Position numbers and translations under genes: made by a program. A DNA stretch of 64,000 nt from the human T2T-CHM13v2.0 reference genome, Homo sapiens. Below, in pieces: positions 1 through 16,130 of the stretch. The notes beneath the pieces were generated by a model. The model was not told the origin of the DNA, ran no database searches, and saw only the letters and a list, made by a program, of their open reading frames with translations. The DNA lies in the NCBI RefSeq assembly GCF_009914755.1, contig NC_060929.1. One strand, given 5' to 3'. The stretch's first letter is position 1; each line of letters opens with the position of its first letter.

Positions 1-608
1 GAAGATAAAATCTTTGGGATAAAGTTTGCAATTGCCTTCAAAATCTGAAAGCATAACTATTGCAATTCACTATATCGAAGACTGTCGTAGGAGCCAACGC
101 TGTCAGCATTTCTAATGGATGGCTCCTTAGAGTTCTGGCACACTGTCTTTGGTGTAGACTGGCATCATAGTGGATTAGCTCTTCAGTTTCTTTCCAGCTC
201 TTTTTCTCTTCCACATACACAATCTGTCTGTGTCAACTTTATTTCTACCAAGCTGGAGAAAATGAGCTGAAGTAGGGGAAGAGGGAAAATTGACAGGGAA
301 TATATTCCTGACCAGCATTTGTGATATATTCTGTAACAGATAGGAAAACATGTCAAAAGATGGCCAGAATTTGTAATCTCTCTAGGCACAAATCCCATCT
401 TGACTTGGAGGAAGTTAAAATAAATGTAACCTTTAGAAAGTTAAACTTGGATTTAGAGTGTGAATGTCTGCCAGTCCTATCTGATTGTCTTTCCAACAAA
501 GATCTAGGATTTTCCATATTTACTATATACTCTTTTGCAAATAATTGCAGACAGATAAAATATAAAATATATTAAAATCACTCTGGAACATTTGAGATGT
601 TCTAATAC

Positions 609-740
609 AGCTTTCTCATCCTATGGACATTTGGGGCCATGTAAATCTTTGTTCTGAGAGGCTGTCCTGTAGCACCTCAGAGTCATGACAACAAAAATGT
701 CTCCAAACATTACCAAATATCCCCTGGAAAGGGAAATTGT
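609..740 (-). mobile_element. MER20-like hAT MITE, internally deleted
   Basis: ggacatttggggccatgtaaatctttgtt...gacaacaaaaatgtctccaaacattaccaaatatcccctgg resembles reverse MER20, with the central part missing. Confidence 0.7.
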
Positions 741-3700
741 GCAGTATAGAGAGGCAAACTTAAATGTTTTCTCTTTATTGTTGTTGTTTGCTTTATCTTT
801 CTACTGTGTTTAAACCAAGTTAGTAACTGCCATTTTACACACATAACCTCCTCTATCTCTCCATGCTTTGTACTGATTGACTTTTAGATGTCCTTCTTTC
901 CAAAATTACACAAAAATTAAGGATCTAGTGAGAATTAGTCTTTCGGGCTTCCACATAACTATAATGCCCTATTAGCTGGCTCCTTCATACTTAGTGCAAT
1001 GATAACTGATGTTTATAATAAACTCAAAGCCTCATGAATTTCTCAAGTGCCTTTTGAATAGCCAAAGAAAGTTAAATTTCATTAAGTGTGGTTTTAAGTT
1101 TAAGTGTATTTTAATGTATTCACATTTTTTAAAATTGGTATTGTATACACGTGATAACTTTTTCCATTATTTGACCACAGGTGTACACAGAGGCAATACT
1201 AATAAATCCCTTTGGCATGACTGAATCATTTAAAGACATTAAGATGTCAGCTCAAGTTGGGCTGGAATTGGTACTTATTTCTCTTTTTTAAAAAGGTATT
1301 TACTAATAATTTATTGAAGTATTTATCTTATAGCCTGGTATATTTGATTGAAAAAATAGAATATTAACTCATTTACAAGTGATCATATGTTTTTATTTAA
1401 TTTTTTAAATCAACTTTTATTTTAAGTCCCAGGGTACATATGCAGGCTGTGCAGGTTGCTAACACAGGTAAACGTCCACCACGGTGGTTTGCTGCACAGA
1501 TTAACCCATCACCCAAGTATTAAATTCAGCACCCATTAGCTGTTCTTGATGTTCTCCCTTCCCCCAACCTCCTGACAGGCCCCAGTGTGTGTTGTTTCCT
1601 GCCAATGTGTCCATGTGTTCTCATCACTCAGCTCTCACTTACCAGTGAGAACATGCAGTGTCTGGTTTTCTGTTCCTGTGTTAGTTTGCTGAGGATAACA
1701 GCTTCCAGCTCCATTCATGTCCCTACAAAGGACATGATCTCATTCCCTTTTTATGCTTGCATAGTACTCCATGGTGTGTATGTACCACAGTTTCTTTATC
1801 CAGTATATTGTTGATGGACATTTGGGTTGATTCCCTGTCTTTGCTATTGTGAATAGTTCTGCAATGAATATACACGGGTATGTATCTTTATAATAGAATA
1901 ATTTATATTCCTTGGAGTATATACCCAGTAATGGGATTCCTGGATCAAATGGTTTTTCTGCCTCTGGATCTTTGAGGAATCTCCATACTGTCTTCCACAA
2001 TGGTTGAACTAATTTACATTCCCAGTAACAGAGTAGAAGCATTCATTTTTCTCAGCAACCTCACCTCCATCTATTGTTTCTTGACTTTTTAATAATTGCT
2101 GTTCTGACTGGCATGAGATGATCTCTCATTGTGGTTTTGAATTGCATTTCTTTAATGATCAGTGATGTTGAGCTTTCTTTCATATGTTTGCAGGTTGCAT
2201 GAATGTCATCTTTTGTGAAGTGTCTGTTCATGTCCTTTGCCCACTTTTTAATGGGGGTTGTTTTTATCTTGCAAATTTATTAATTTCTTGTATACTCTGG
2301 ATATTAGACCTTTGCCAGATGGATAGATTGCACAAATTTTCTCCCATTCTGTAGGTTGTTCACTCTGATGATAGTTTATTTTGCTGTACAGAAGCTCTTT
2401 AGTTTAATTAGATCTGATTTGCCACATTTTGCTTTTGTAGCAATTGCATTTGGCATTATCATCATGAAATCCTTGCCCATGCCTATGCCTATATCCTGGA
2501 TGGTATTGCTTAGATTATCTTCTAAGGTTTTTATAGTTTTGGGTTTTACATTTAAGTCTTTAATCCATCTTGAGTTAGTTTTTGTATATGGTGTAAAGAA
2601 GGGGTCCAGTTTTAATTTTCTGCATATGGCTAGCCATTTCTCCCAGCACCATTTATTAAATAGAGAATCCTTTCACTATTGCTTATTTTGTCTGGTTTGT
2701 CAAAGATCAGATGGTTGTAGATGGGTGATCTTATTTCTGAGTTCTCTATTCTGTTGCATTGGTCTATGTGTCTGTTCTTGTACCAGTACCATGCTGTTTT
2801 GATCACTGTAGATTTGTAGGATAGTTTGAAGTCAGGTAGCATGATGCCTCCAGCTTTGTTCTTTTTGCTTAGGATTGTTTTGGCTATATGGGCTCTTTTT
2901 TGGTTCCATATGAATTTTAAAATAGCTTTTTCTAGTTCTGTGAAGAATGTCAATGGTAGTCTAATAGGAATTGAATCTATAAATTACTTTGGGCAGTATG
3001 GCCATTTTTGCAATATTGATTCTTCCTATCCATGAGCATGAAATGGTTTTTCACTTGTTCGTGTCCTCTCTGATTTCCTTGAGCAGTGGTTTGCAGTTCT
3101 CCTTGAAAAGGTACTTCACTTCCCTTGTTTGCTGTATTCCTGCATGTTTTATTCTCTTTGTAGCAATTGTGAATGAGAGTTCATTCATGATTCGACTTTC
3201 TTTTTGCCTATTGTTCGTGTATAAGAATGCTAGCGATTTTTGCACATTGATTTTGTACCCTGAGACTTTGCTGAAGTTGCTTATCATCTTAAGCTTTGGG
3301 GCTGAGATGATGGGGTTTTCTATATATAGGATTATGTCATCTGCAAAAAAGATAATTTGACTTCCTCTGTTCGTATTTGAAATACCCTTTATTTCTTTCT
3401 CTTGCCTGATTGCCCTGGCCAGAACTTGCAATAGTATGTTGAATAGGAGTGGTAAGAGAAGTCATCTTTGTCTTGTGCTGGTTTTCAAGTGGAGTGCTTG
3501 CAGCTCTCACCCATTCAGTATGATATTGGCTGTGAGTTTATCATATATGGCTCTTATTATTTTGAGGTATGTTCCTTCAACATCCAGTTTATTGAGAGTT
3601 TTTAACATGAAGGGATGTTGAGTTTTATTGAAGGCCTTTTCTGCATCTATTAAGATAGTCATGTTTTTTTTTTTCCTTTGGTTCTGTTTATGTGATGAAT

Positions 3701-4726
3701 TACATTTATTGTTTTGCATATGTTGAACCAACCTTGCTTCCCAGGGATGATGCCAACTTGATCATGGTGGATAAGCTTTTTGATGTGCTGCAGGATTTGG
3801 TTTGCCAGTATTTTGTTGAAGATTTTTGCATGGATGTTCGTCAGGGATATTTGCCTGAAGTTTTCTTTTTTTTGTTGTATCTCTACAGGGTTATGGTATC
3901 AAAATGATACTGGCCTCATATAATCAGTTAGGGAGGAATCCCTCCTTTTTCATTATTTGGAATAGTTTCAGTAAAAATGGTACTAGCTAATTTTTGTACC
4001 CCTGGTAGAATTCAGCTGAAAATCCTTATGGTCCTGGGCATTTTTTTTGGTTGGTAGGCGATTTATTACTGCCTCAATTTCGGAACTCGTTATGGTTATT
4101 TAGTGATTCACTTTCTTCCTGGTTCAGCCTTGGGAGGGTGTAGGCATCCAGAAATTTATGTGTTTCTTCTAGATTTTCTAGTTCATGTCCATAGAGATGT
4201 ATATAGTATTCTCTGATGGTTGTTTGTATTTCTGTGGGGTCATTGGTGATATTCCCCCCTTACCATTTCTGATTGTGTTTATTTAAATATTATCTCTTTT
4301 CTTCTTTATTAGTCTAGCTGGTGGTTTATTTTATTAATTTTTTCAAAAAGCCAGCTCCTGCATTTGTTGATTTTTTGAATATTTTTTTGTATCTCTATCT
4401 CCTTCAGTTCCACTCTGATCTTGATTATTTCTTATCTTCTGCTAGCTTTGGGATTTGTTTGCTCTTGGTTCTCTAGTTCTTTTAGTTGTGATGTTAGGTC
4501 ATTTCATTTGAGATCTTTCTTGTTTTTTTTTTTTTATGTGAGCATCTAGTGCTATAAATTTCCATTTTGACACTGCTTTAGGTACATCCTCGAGGTTCTT
4601 GCATTGTCTCTTTGTTCTCATTAGTTTCAAAGACATTCTTGATTCCTGTCTTAGTTTCATTATTTACGCAGAAGTCATTCAGGACGAGGTTGTTCAATTT
4701 CCATGTAGTTGTGTGGTTTTGAGTGA

Positions 4727-5026
<300 letters not shown>

Positions 5027-5627
5027 AGTTTCTTATTCTTGAGTTCTAATTTGATTGTGCTGTGATCTGAGAGATGATTTTTTATGATTTCAGTTTTTTT
5101 GCATTTGCTAAGGAGCGTTTTACTTCCTACTACGTGATCAATTTTAGAGTAAGTGCCATGTGGTGATGAGAAGAATGTATATTCTGTTGTTTTGTGGTGG
5201 AGAGTTCTGTAGATATCTGTAAGTCAGCTTGATCCAGAGCTGAGTTAAAGTCCTGTATTTCTTTAATTTTCTGACTCAATGATCTGTCTAATATTGTCAT
5301 TGGGGTGTTAAAATCTCTCACTATTATTGTGTGGGAGTCTAAGTCTCTTTGTAGGTCTCTAAGGACTTGCTTTATGAATCTGGGTGTGCCTGGGTGTGCA
5401 TATATGCATATAAATTTAGGATGGTTAGCTCTTCTTGGTCTGTTGAACTCTATATCATTTTGTAATGCCCTTCTTTGTCTTTTTTGATCTTTGTTGGTTT
5501 AAAGTCCATTTTGTCAGAAACTAGGATTGCAACCCCTGCTTTTTTTGTTGTCCATTTGCTTGGTAAACTTTCTTCCATCCGTTTATTTTGAGCCTATGTG
5601 TGTTTTTGCATGTGAGATGTTTCTCTT

Positions 5628-6088
<461 letters not shown>

Positions 6089-6195
6089 GGGGCATTAATT
6101 TCATTTACATTTAAGGTTAGTATTGTTATATGTGAATTTGATTCTGTCATCATGATATTAGCTAGTCATTTTGCCAACTTGTTTATGTAGTTGCT

Positions 6196-7215
6196 TCATA
6201 GTGTCGCTGGTCTGTGTACTTTGGTGTGTTTTTTTAGTGGCTGGTGATGCTCTTTCCTTTCCATATTTAGTGCTTCCTTTAGGAGCTCTTTCAAGCCAGG
6301 CCTCAGCATTTGCTTGTCTGAAAAGGATCTTATTTCTCTTTTGCTTATGAATCTTAGTTTGGTGGTATATGAAATTCTGGGTTGAAAATTCTTGAAGAAT
6401 GTTGAATATTGGCCCCCCAATCTTTTCTGGATTGTAGGGTTTCCATTCAGAGGTCCCCAGTTCGTCTGATAGGCTTCCCTTTGTAGGCGACCTGGCCTTT
6501 CTCTCTGGCTGCCCTTAACAGTTTTTCTTTCGACGCTGGAGAATCTGATGGTTATGTGTCTTGGGGTTGATTTTTTTCTTGGAGTATGTTACCGGGGTTC
6601 TCTGGATTTCCTAAATTTGAATGTTGGCCTGTCTTGCTAGGTTGGGGAAGTTCTCCTGGATGATATACTGAAGTATGCTTTCCAACTTGATTTCATTCTC
6701 CCTGTCTATTTCAGGTACTCCAATCAGTCGTAGGTTCAGTCTTTTTACGTAATCCCTAATTTCTTGGAGGTTTTGTTCATTCCTTTTCATTCTTTCTTCT
6801 CCAACCTTGTCTGCCTGTCTTATTTCAGAAAGATAGTCTTCAAGCTCTGAGATTGATTCCTCTGCTTGGTCTATTTGGCTATTGATACTTGTGATTGCAT
6901 TGCGAAGTTCTTGTGTTGTGTTTTTCAGCTCCATCAGGTCGTTTATGTTCCTCTCTAAACTGGATATTCTGGTTCTCAGCTCTTGTAATGTTTTATCATG
7001 ATTCTTCGCCTCTTTGCTTTGGGTTAGAATATGCTCCTTTAGTTTGGTGAAGTTTGTTGTTACCCACCTTCTGAAGCCTACTTCCGTCAATTCATTATTC
7101 TTAGCCTCAGCCCAGTTCTGTGCCCTTGCTGGAGACATGTTGCAATTATTTGGAGAAGAGGCATTCTGGCTTTTTGGGTTTCCAGGATTTTTGTGCTGAT
7201 TTGATTCTTTCTCAT
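6196..7215 (-). pseudogene. Disrupted L1 ORF1p
   Basis: ORF 6611-7138 has the coiled coil and RNEQNLQEIRDYVKRLNLRLIGVPE...IIQENFPNLARQANIQI; probable ATG at 7215. Confidence 0.9.
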
Positions 7216-9199
7216 CTTTGTGGGCTTATCAGCCTGCAATCCTTGAAGTTGATGACCTATGAATGGGGTTTTTGTGGGGTCTTTTTGTAGTTGTAGTTGT
7301 TGTTGTTTCCTGTTTTTTGTTTGTTTGTTTCAATCAGACCCTTCTTCCACAGGCCTGCTGCAGTTTGCCAGGGGGACTACTCCAGACCCTAGTTAAGACC
7401 CTCCCACACCAGGAGGTATCTCCAGTGAAGGCTGAAAAACAGCAAATACAGCAGCCTGCTCCTTCCACTGGGAGCTCCGTCTCAGGGGGGCACTGACCTG
7501 ATGCTGGCTGGAACATTCCTGTAGGAGGTATCAGGACATCCTCTACTAGGAGGTCTCACCCAGTCAGGGGGAATGGGTTCAGGGTCCCACTTAAAGAAGC
7601 TGTCAGGTTGCCCCTTGGCAGAGTGGTATGCTGCACTGGGGGGATCCCCCCACGTCCAGACTGCCTGGTCTTTGCAGAAGCAGCAGGTGAGAAAGGCTGT
7701 AGGCTGAGCTGCAGATACAGTAGCCACTCCTCCCCGTGATGGCTTCATCCCAGGGAGAGATCAGAGTTCTGTTCATAAAACTCTGGCTGGAATTGCTGAA
7801 ATTCCCACAGAGAGGTCCTGCTAGGTGAGGAGGGATGGATTATCGGGGTCCCACTTAAAGAACCAGTCTAGCTACAATTTGTCACAGCATCTGTGCCACA
7901 CTGCGGGGAATTCCTCCAAGTCCAGACTGCCCAGACTCCCCAGATCTAGCAGGCCAAAACAACCTGCTCCAGCCACAGAAATGGTGGCCACCTCTTCCCC
8001 CAGGAACTCAATCATCTCAGGCAGTCTCCAGCTTGCTGTTGCTGGCCAGCAGCTGGGGTTCCAAGCCAGTGGGTCTTAACTTGTGAGGTGCCTGTGGTAG
8101 TGAGGCCCTCAGAATGACTCTGCTTGGCTCCCTGGTTTCCGCCCCCTTCCCAGAGCACTGCACAGAGGAACTCCTGTCTCACCGGAATTCCTGGGGCCAG
8201 AGAATGCAAAAACCCCTGTGTCTCCTGTGCTTGTCCAAGAGGCTGCTGAGAGACCTCATGGCTCTGTGCTTCTAACCCAAAGCCCTGGTGGCATGAGCTC
8301 ATGAGATCTCCTGTCTCATGGGTTGCAAAGATCAGTGGGAAGATAGTGGTTCCCCCCAGCAGGGTCACCCAATCACTCACTGCCTCCCTGGGCTGGGTTT
8401 GGGGTTTGTCCTGGTTCTGTGACACTCATAGGTGGGCCGTTGCCCCACCATGCTTTTCCTTACTCTCCATGGGTCGCATCACAACCGCCCGTAGTCAGTT
8501 CCGAAGTGAGAACTTGGATACCTCAGCTGAAGATAGAGAATTCACTCACTGTTTTCTTTCTTCTCTGTCTTACTTTTCATTTTATATTTCACATATCACA
8601 CTATGGAAGACAGTTTCAAAGCCCAGACTCTGTCTTGTCTTCTGTAGGAATTAGTTACAATTTAGGAAACACAAGGTCTTTACTTCTAAAAGATCATAAG
8701 GAAGAGTTGTAGCCAGAAACACAAAGCTATGCTGCATCACTGTAAATGGGACTGAGAGCTTTATGTAATAGACTACGGTTTGTAGGCTGTCTCAGTTCCA
8801 TAATGGAGCTCTCAGATATTTCAAAGAAACTAAAGCAATTTGGCTCATACTTATCAAATGAGTTATCATTTCAAATGCTTGCTACATCTTCAATTATACC
8901 ATTTACTCATTGAGCAAGGAATGTACTGGTGGGAAAAAGCAAACTTACAATAACTACAAAATAAGGTATCCATATTGTTCAGGACAAATGAAATATTAAG
9001 GTGATATAAATGTAAATATTAAGGTAAATAATAGACATATATTTTGTTATAAATAAACGTAAGTAACTGCTATTAGGGAGATAAGTTCTACACCAGATTT
9101 ACGGGTCTTTTCTTATGGGAGTTGTATGGCTGTTTTATTCTTTGAGTGTTTCTAAAATATGTATCTAATAAGCTAGAAAATGGAGAAAGAATTTGGAAC

Positions 9200-9425
9200 A
9201 CCATTTTAGATAGAATGGTAAGGTGGAAACCTAGCATGTGACTTTTCAGAAGAGTCTTGAATGAAATGAGTGAGCCATCCAAGAGAAATTCTGAAGATCC
9301 AAAGATTTCCTTGCCCCTCAGGCAGAGTTAACAGGAAGTGCAAGTACCCTTAGGCAAGATTGAGCTTGGCTTGTGCCAGGACAATCAGCTGGCCAATACG
9401 GATAGGGCAGGTGAGGAGAAGACTA
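9200..9425 (-). mobile_element. L2 fragment
   Basis: ggcagagttaacaggaagtgcaagtacccttaggcaagattgagcttggcttgtg resembles the antisense L2 3' region. Confidence 0.5.
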
Positions 9426-9499
9426 ATTAAAGAACAGATAAACAATTTCAGCTGACATTTTTTTCTGTATATTGGAATTACCATATGGTGTCATATTCT

Positions 9500-11650
9500 T
9501 GTTCAAATTTAATGTCATACCCTCCTCCCTTTGTGCTGTTAATGTCACATATTGCTTCTTTCAATGTATAAATCTTACTGTGGTTTTTTCAGTATTAAAA
9601 TTTTATAAATACTGTTTTATGCAATTAAAAACATCAGCTTGAGAGAAATGGAGGAAAAAATATATTATCCCGTATTTAAAATTTGTCTTTATAATTGAAT
9701 GTATTGGCACTCTTTGTTTCACCATGTGGGTTTGTATTGCTATCTGGTGTGACTTCCTTTAGTAGTTTCTGTAAGGCGAGGCTTGAAGCAAGAAATTCTC
9801 TCAGTCTTTATTCATTTGGTTGTGTCTTTGTTTTGCCTTGATTTTTCAAAGATAGGTTGCTGGATTCTTGGTTGACAGTTGTTTGTTTGTTGTCTTTCAG
9901 CATTTCAAATATGTCATCTTAACCACTGCCTTCTGGCCTCTGTTGTTTCTGATAGGAAGTCAGCTGCTAAAGTACTGGGGTTACCCTGTGCATGATGAGT
10001 CATCTTTTCTCTTAATGCTTTCAATATTATCTTTGTCTTTCAACTCTTTAACTTTTGATGTGTTAGGTGCGGATCTCTTTGTGTTCATCCTGTTGGAGTT
10101 TGTTGAGCTTCTTGGATGTGCAAAGGTCTTCATCAAATTCAGAAGAGTTAGGGCCATTATTTTCTTGAGTATTTTGTCTGCCCCTTTCTTTCTCTCCTCC
10201 CATTTTGGTGCTGCTATTAATATATGGTTTGGTTTGCCTAATTGTGTCTTAAAGACCCCTAAGACTTTGTTCATTTTTACTTATTTCTTTTTCTTTTTTT
10301 TTTTAGAAAATCTCAGATTGGAATATTTCTATTTATCTATTTGATTTTTTTCTTGTGATCAAACTACTGTTGAGATCCTTATAAAGTTTTTATTTTAGTT
10401 ATTCGATTTCCAATTCAAGAATTTCTATGTGCTTAATTTTTATAATTTTATTGGTATTATTTGATAGATCATCATTATACTTTTCAGTCTTTAAACATTC
10501 TTTTAGTGCTTTGAACAAATTATAGAAGAAGATTTTGAAGCATTTATCTGCTAAGTCCAACATCTAAACCCTTTCAAATGCAATTCTATTGTCTGCATTT
10601 TTTGACTGTAAGAATCAAACATACTTAATTTCATGCAATATTTCATGATTTCTGAGACACTATAGAAAATATTGTAGCAAATCCAGATTACGATCCCCCT
10701 CTCCCAGAGCTTGCTATTGTTACTTTATTTAGTGATTTATTCTCATAAATATTGTTAAGCTTGTTTTCCCCAGAGTGTGCAACCTCTGGTACCACTGTTC
10801 AGGTTTTTACTAAACACGCACATACGCTTAAGCCTGAGTTCCAAAGTCAGTATAGCTTAATGGTCAGCCAATCATTTGTCAGAAGTTGTGCTTTAAGGCC
10901 TCTGAGCCAATGAGGCTTTCATCCTTTGCCAATAGATCTGTGTGTGTCTTGAGTGACTTTTTAAAGTTCAAGGTGTTCACAAGTCAGTCCTGCATTCAGC
11001 CAAGAACCAATGGCTCACAAGTTTCATTTACTCCTTCATGGAGATAACTTTGTGCCTATACACAGCCTTCCAGGGCACCAGTGAAGAGTCTAGTCTTAAC
11101 GGGGCCCTTTGGGTTATTGCTGTCTGTGGGTCTCCCTGCTACATTTCTGCTGTTTTGTTTCTTTTTACTGCTATCATGGAGATGTTAGCCTTCACTGGTT
11201 GATGATCTCCGTGATCTCTATTGTTTATGACAAAACTACTGGCAATAATTTTTTCCATGCTTTGCTGCAGATAAAATCAGCCCCTTCAGACAAGGGCACT
11301 TAGCTGACTATGCCTTAGAGCCTGCCCTGGCAATGCCTGTAGTGGAACTTTTGCACCCTGGAGCTGAGGGAACTGATGGAGAGCTGCAGATCCTCTTGGG
11401 CTGACCCACTTGTCCAGAATAGAAATTCCGTAAAACAGAGCTGGGCAGGGAGGGGGTGGCATCTCTTAATAGAAATGTCACAGATTCTCATTTTCCTTAC
11501 TGAACTTCAGTATATTCTTTTGCATAGCCACTTCCAATTCTTTATATGCCCATTGTTCAAGTCCTAGAGACCACAAAATTGGTTTTCATCAAATTTTTCC
11601 AGTTTTGTCACTATTTTTCTGAAGAGAGGATTTGTCAAGCTCCTTACACA
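9500..11650 (-). mobile_element. Ancient L1M 5' portion (ORF1 remnant and 5'UTR)
   Basis: ORF 9981-10274 (APKWEERKKGADKILKKIMA..NLMK...NRMNTKRSAP..KVKELKDKD) resembles the ORF1p RRM region; boundaries approximate. Confidence 0.7.
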
Positions 11651-12921
11651 GCCATGCAGAAATTCTGGAATATTTTTTATTGATTTTAATAAATGTATAC
11701 TTAAGGGATATAAAATGGCAGAATGGGTTTGGTGACATATTAGGTACATTAAATTCATGAGTATGCATGTTACTCTGAAGGATAATCCATATGGTAGAAT
11801 GATTTTCACACCTTAATTCCATGGATTTTAACTTCTTTTGCTGATGTCTATATTTTTTCCCATTAAATAAAATGACCATGTAAATGGATTAAATTATTAT
11901 TGAGTCAGTGGTTTACTTAACTGACCAAAATTTAGTTTTATTTTGAAATCTAAATACATATGAGTGTGTTAAAATGTTTATTCTACCCTTCCTGTTCCTT
12001 TGTTCTAATTTTCCTCTACCAAAACCTACTCTTATTTGATTTCTTTTCATTCTTCTAGTGAAACTGATATCAATCATGCAAATAGTCAAATTCTAATAGT
12101 TAAGAAAAAACTATCAAAATTTTCTGTCTCAAAGGCCAGATGGCACCTTGTAGACATTTAAGAGCATTTCATTAAAATAATGGCAATCAAAAAGAAAGTT
12201 TTTAACAATTTCCTTTTATATACCTCTTTTTGGGTCATTTTCACACTGTTTTCTCATTCCCGAATATCTTTTTTTAATCTTGGGATTCGTCCATACCTAT
12301 ATGTGGATTATCTAATACACCTAGTTTTCCATTACTTCCCACCATTACATATTGCCAAATATGACATAATGCATGAGTCTTTATAATATCACTAATTATT
12401 TAAAATTAAAGTATCGACCAAATAATGATGATTTATAAAGAGTTTTAAAGGGTGTTCTAAAACAGTCAGAAAGGAAATTTCCAGACAAATACTTTCTGAA
12501 ATTCAGTTTATGGGCAGATAAAACTAAAATATTTCAGTTGAATGTAATTAATAGAGCGTATACTATTCAATATTGAACTCTGCTTGGAGTATTCCAAGTA
12601 ACGATAATATGGTTAACCTTAAACAAAAACAGAAACAAAACCAAATCCTGCAGCTTATTATTTGGCAGACAGCCAAATGAATATTGGCATAAATAAGTAG
12701 TCCCTGAAAAGTATACAAGACATAGAAATTAATTATCCTAAACTAGTTAATTATTTCTTTTCACTCAGAGCATGAACGCATTTTTGCTAACTGTTATTAA
12801 TTTCAGGAGAAAAATCTATATTACAGGACTCAAGAAATCTTCCCTGAATGCACTGTTTTGGGGAAAAAAGGAAATGTTTCCTCTTATTATTATAAAACAT
12901 ACCAGAAGGGGTAGTGCTTAC

Positions 12922-12933
12922 CTGGCTTGCTAC
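12922..12933 (-). other. Candidate 12-nt microexon GTAGCAAGCCAG
   Basis: Minus strand reads ttttacattttaattttcag|GTAGCAAGCCAG|gtaagc, in non-repeat DNA; no transcript evidence. Confidence 0.4.
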
Positions 12934-14978
12934 CTGAAAATTAAAATGTAAAATACTGACTATATACAGTTTTAAATATATATCTTTAATATATTCTTTA
13001 AACTTCAGTTATAAGAGATGCCCAAATTCACACTATGAAAGACATAGGTATCATTAGCAATATAGTTACTTTAAACCTAACATGTAATTATCTAGAAATA
13101 ATATCCACTGGGGTTCATGAGAACCTCTCCATTAGGGCCATGAAAAACTCTTAGCTTAATGTGGCTAAAAGCATAGCACTTACAAAATATCGAATCTGGA
13201 TTTCTCTTTTCATTGGCCAGGTTCTCATTTCTCTTTTTATCCTGAACTAGCTTACGCTAGAAAGAGTATTTCCTTATGGCAAGACCCTTGTTACTGATTA
13301 AAGACAATTAAGACACTTGGCCTCTTCATCATCTCAAGTGTAAAACTTAAATTTGGTTTTTATTCAAGTGCATTTAAAGGTGGTTGCTACTCTTCAGTGG
13401 TCTCCACAAAGTACCTACTACTACTACTTTCAATTCTTTATTGTCTATCCATGCTGAGCTGGGCTGTAGTTCTGCCCTCTATTATTAGGCACCTCATTTG
13501 CCCATCATCCCGTATTCTCTATGATGTGAAGATTTGGTGTTTTCTAGGATCTGGTCTGGATTTTCCTTTTTTATTATCTATAAAATATCTTTATCCTTTT
13601 TTATATCTATAAAATATCTATAAAACATTTGCACAGTAAATTTTTAGTTTTTTTTAATTGCATGTTAATCATCCACTGGAAGACTCATAGACTACTGTGA
13701 CTTTCAACACTTTGCCTGCAGAGTAAAGGACTTTACTCATATTCCTTGCTTTAATGTGTGTGCAGCAATTTCTCAAACTCAAATTTATATCTTATTTAAT
13801 TTTGTTATGAAGGAAGAGTCCAAAATTAACTAGAGAATCTATTTTTTGGGTCAAGAGCCAGGATATTCCTGATGTTGATACAGAATATGTCATTCATTGA
13901 AGTATTTTTGTACTTGTTCTTCTGGAAGTGTGTTAGTAATAGGACAGAAAACTAGCTTTATCTAAATAGCTTTCTAATGCCTTCAATTATTTTGCTTATT
14001 AAAACCTGTAAAATAATGTCTTCAGTGCTTAGCAGATAATTTAACCTAAAGTAGTAGTTCACAAATATTTATGTAGATGCATGCATTTTAAGCTACACTA
14101 ATACATTCAACTGAACATTTCTTTGACAAAGAGAAAAAGTATGGAAGCACATAATAAATTTGAAGGAGAATTCAGGAATATGGGTATCCCCAGCTCACAG
14201 GAGCTTAAGTAAGATTGATGGAACTTCACTGACCACTGAAATATGAATCTAAATGCCAGGGTTTATATAAAGCTAGAGAATGACCATAAGACAGATTATT
14301 CCACAGGTGGAGCAAGGGGATATTCAAGATCACTTGTACTGTATAATAAAGGATCTGTTTCTGTCGTTGAGATCATACCTTCTTTGTCATCCAAACTTGG
14401 AGTTCGAAATGTTGACCAATTCCTCTTATGCTTATATTTAGTAGGACACCAAATGCTGTGTGTCACTCTAATTTTTTTCATTCTTATTGCTATCAAATTG
14501 AACAAAATATGTTCTCTACAGCAGCCTCTTCAGAAACTATTGTGACTCAAGCCTCATTTCCCTCTAACTCATTGTTTCTGCATGTCATGGAAATATTGAT
14601 AGGTCTTAAATACTCTTGCTTTCTAAAAAAAAGTAACACAATACTTTCATGAATTGAAATCAATATGAATTGCGTTCTGTTTATTAACAAGTCTAAAACT
14701 CTCTGACTGAAAATGAGAAGAATGATCTGATCCTCCATGCAACCCATTTAGCCATGTCTGCCTTTCAAATATTTCTACCCTTATCTGATTATTCTCCTTT
14801 CTCTTCCACAAAACACTCTCTTACTTCCATGGTTTTATTTTAGTCTTTTTCTTTGCATGAGTACACACACATATTAATTGTACCAATTCAACACTTAAAC
14901 ATTCAAGTTAAAATACAAAATGTTGAGGTTTTTTAAAATAATTTATTGATTGTCAGTTTATTAATAAATCTCTATTTT

Positions 14979-16130
<1,152 letters not shown>

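Noticed and set aside
6611-7138. 175-aa coiled-coil ORF
   Set aside because: It is an L1 ORF1p fragment ending in a premature stop.
14243-14545. Overlapping ORFs and a possible acceptor ccacag|G at 14306
   Set aside because: No recognisable protein similarity, weak pyrimidine tract and no convincing donor.
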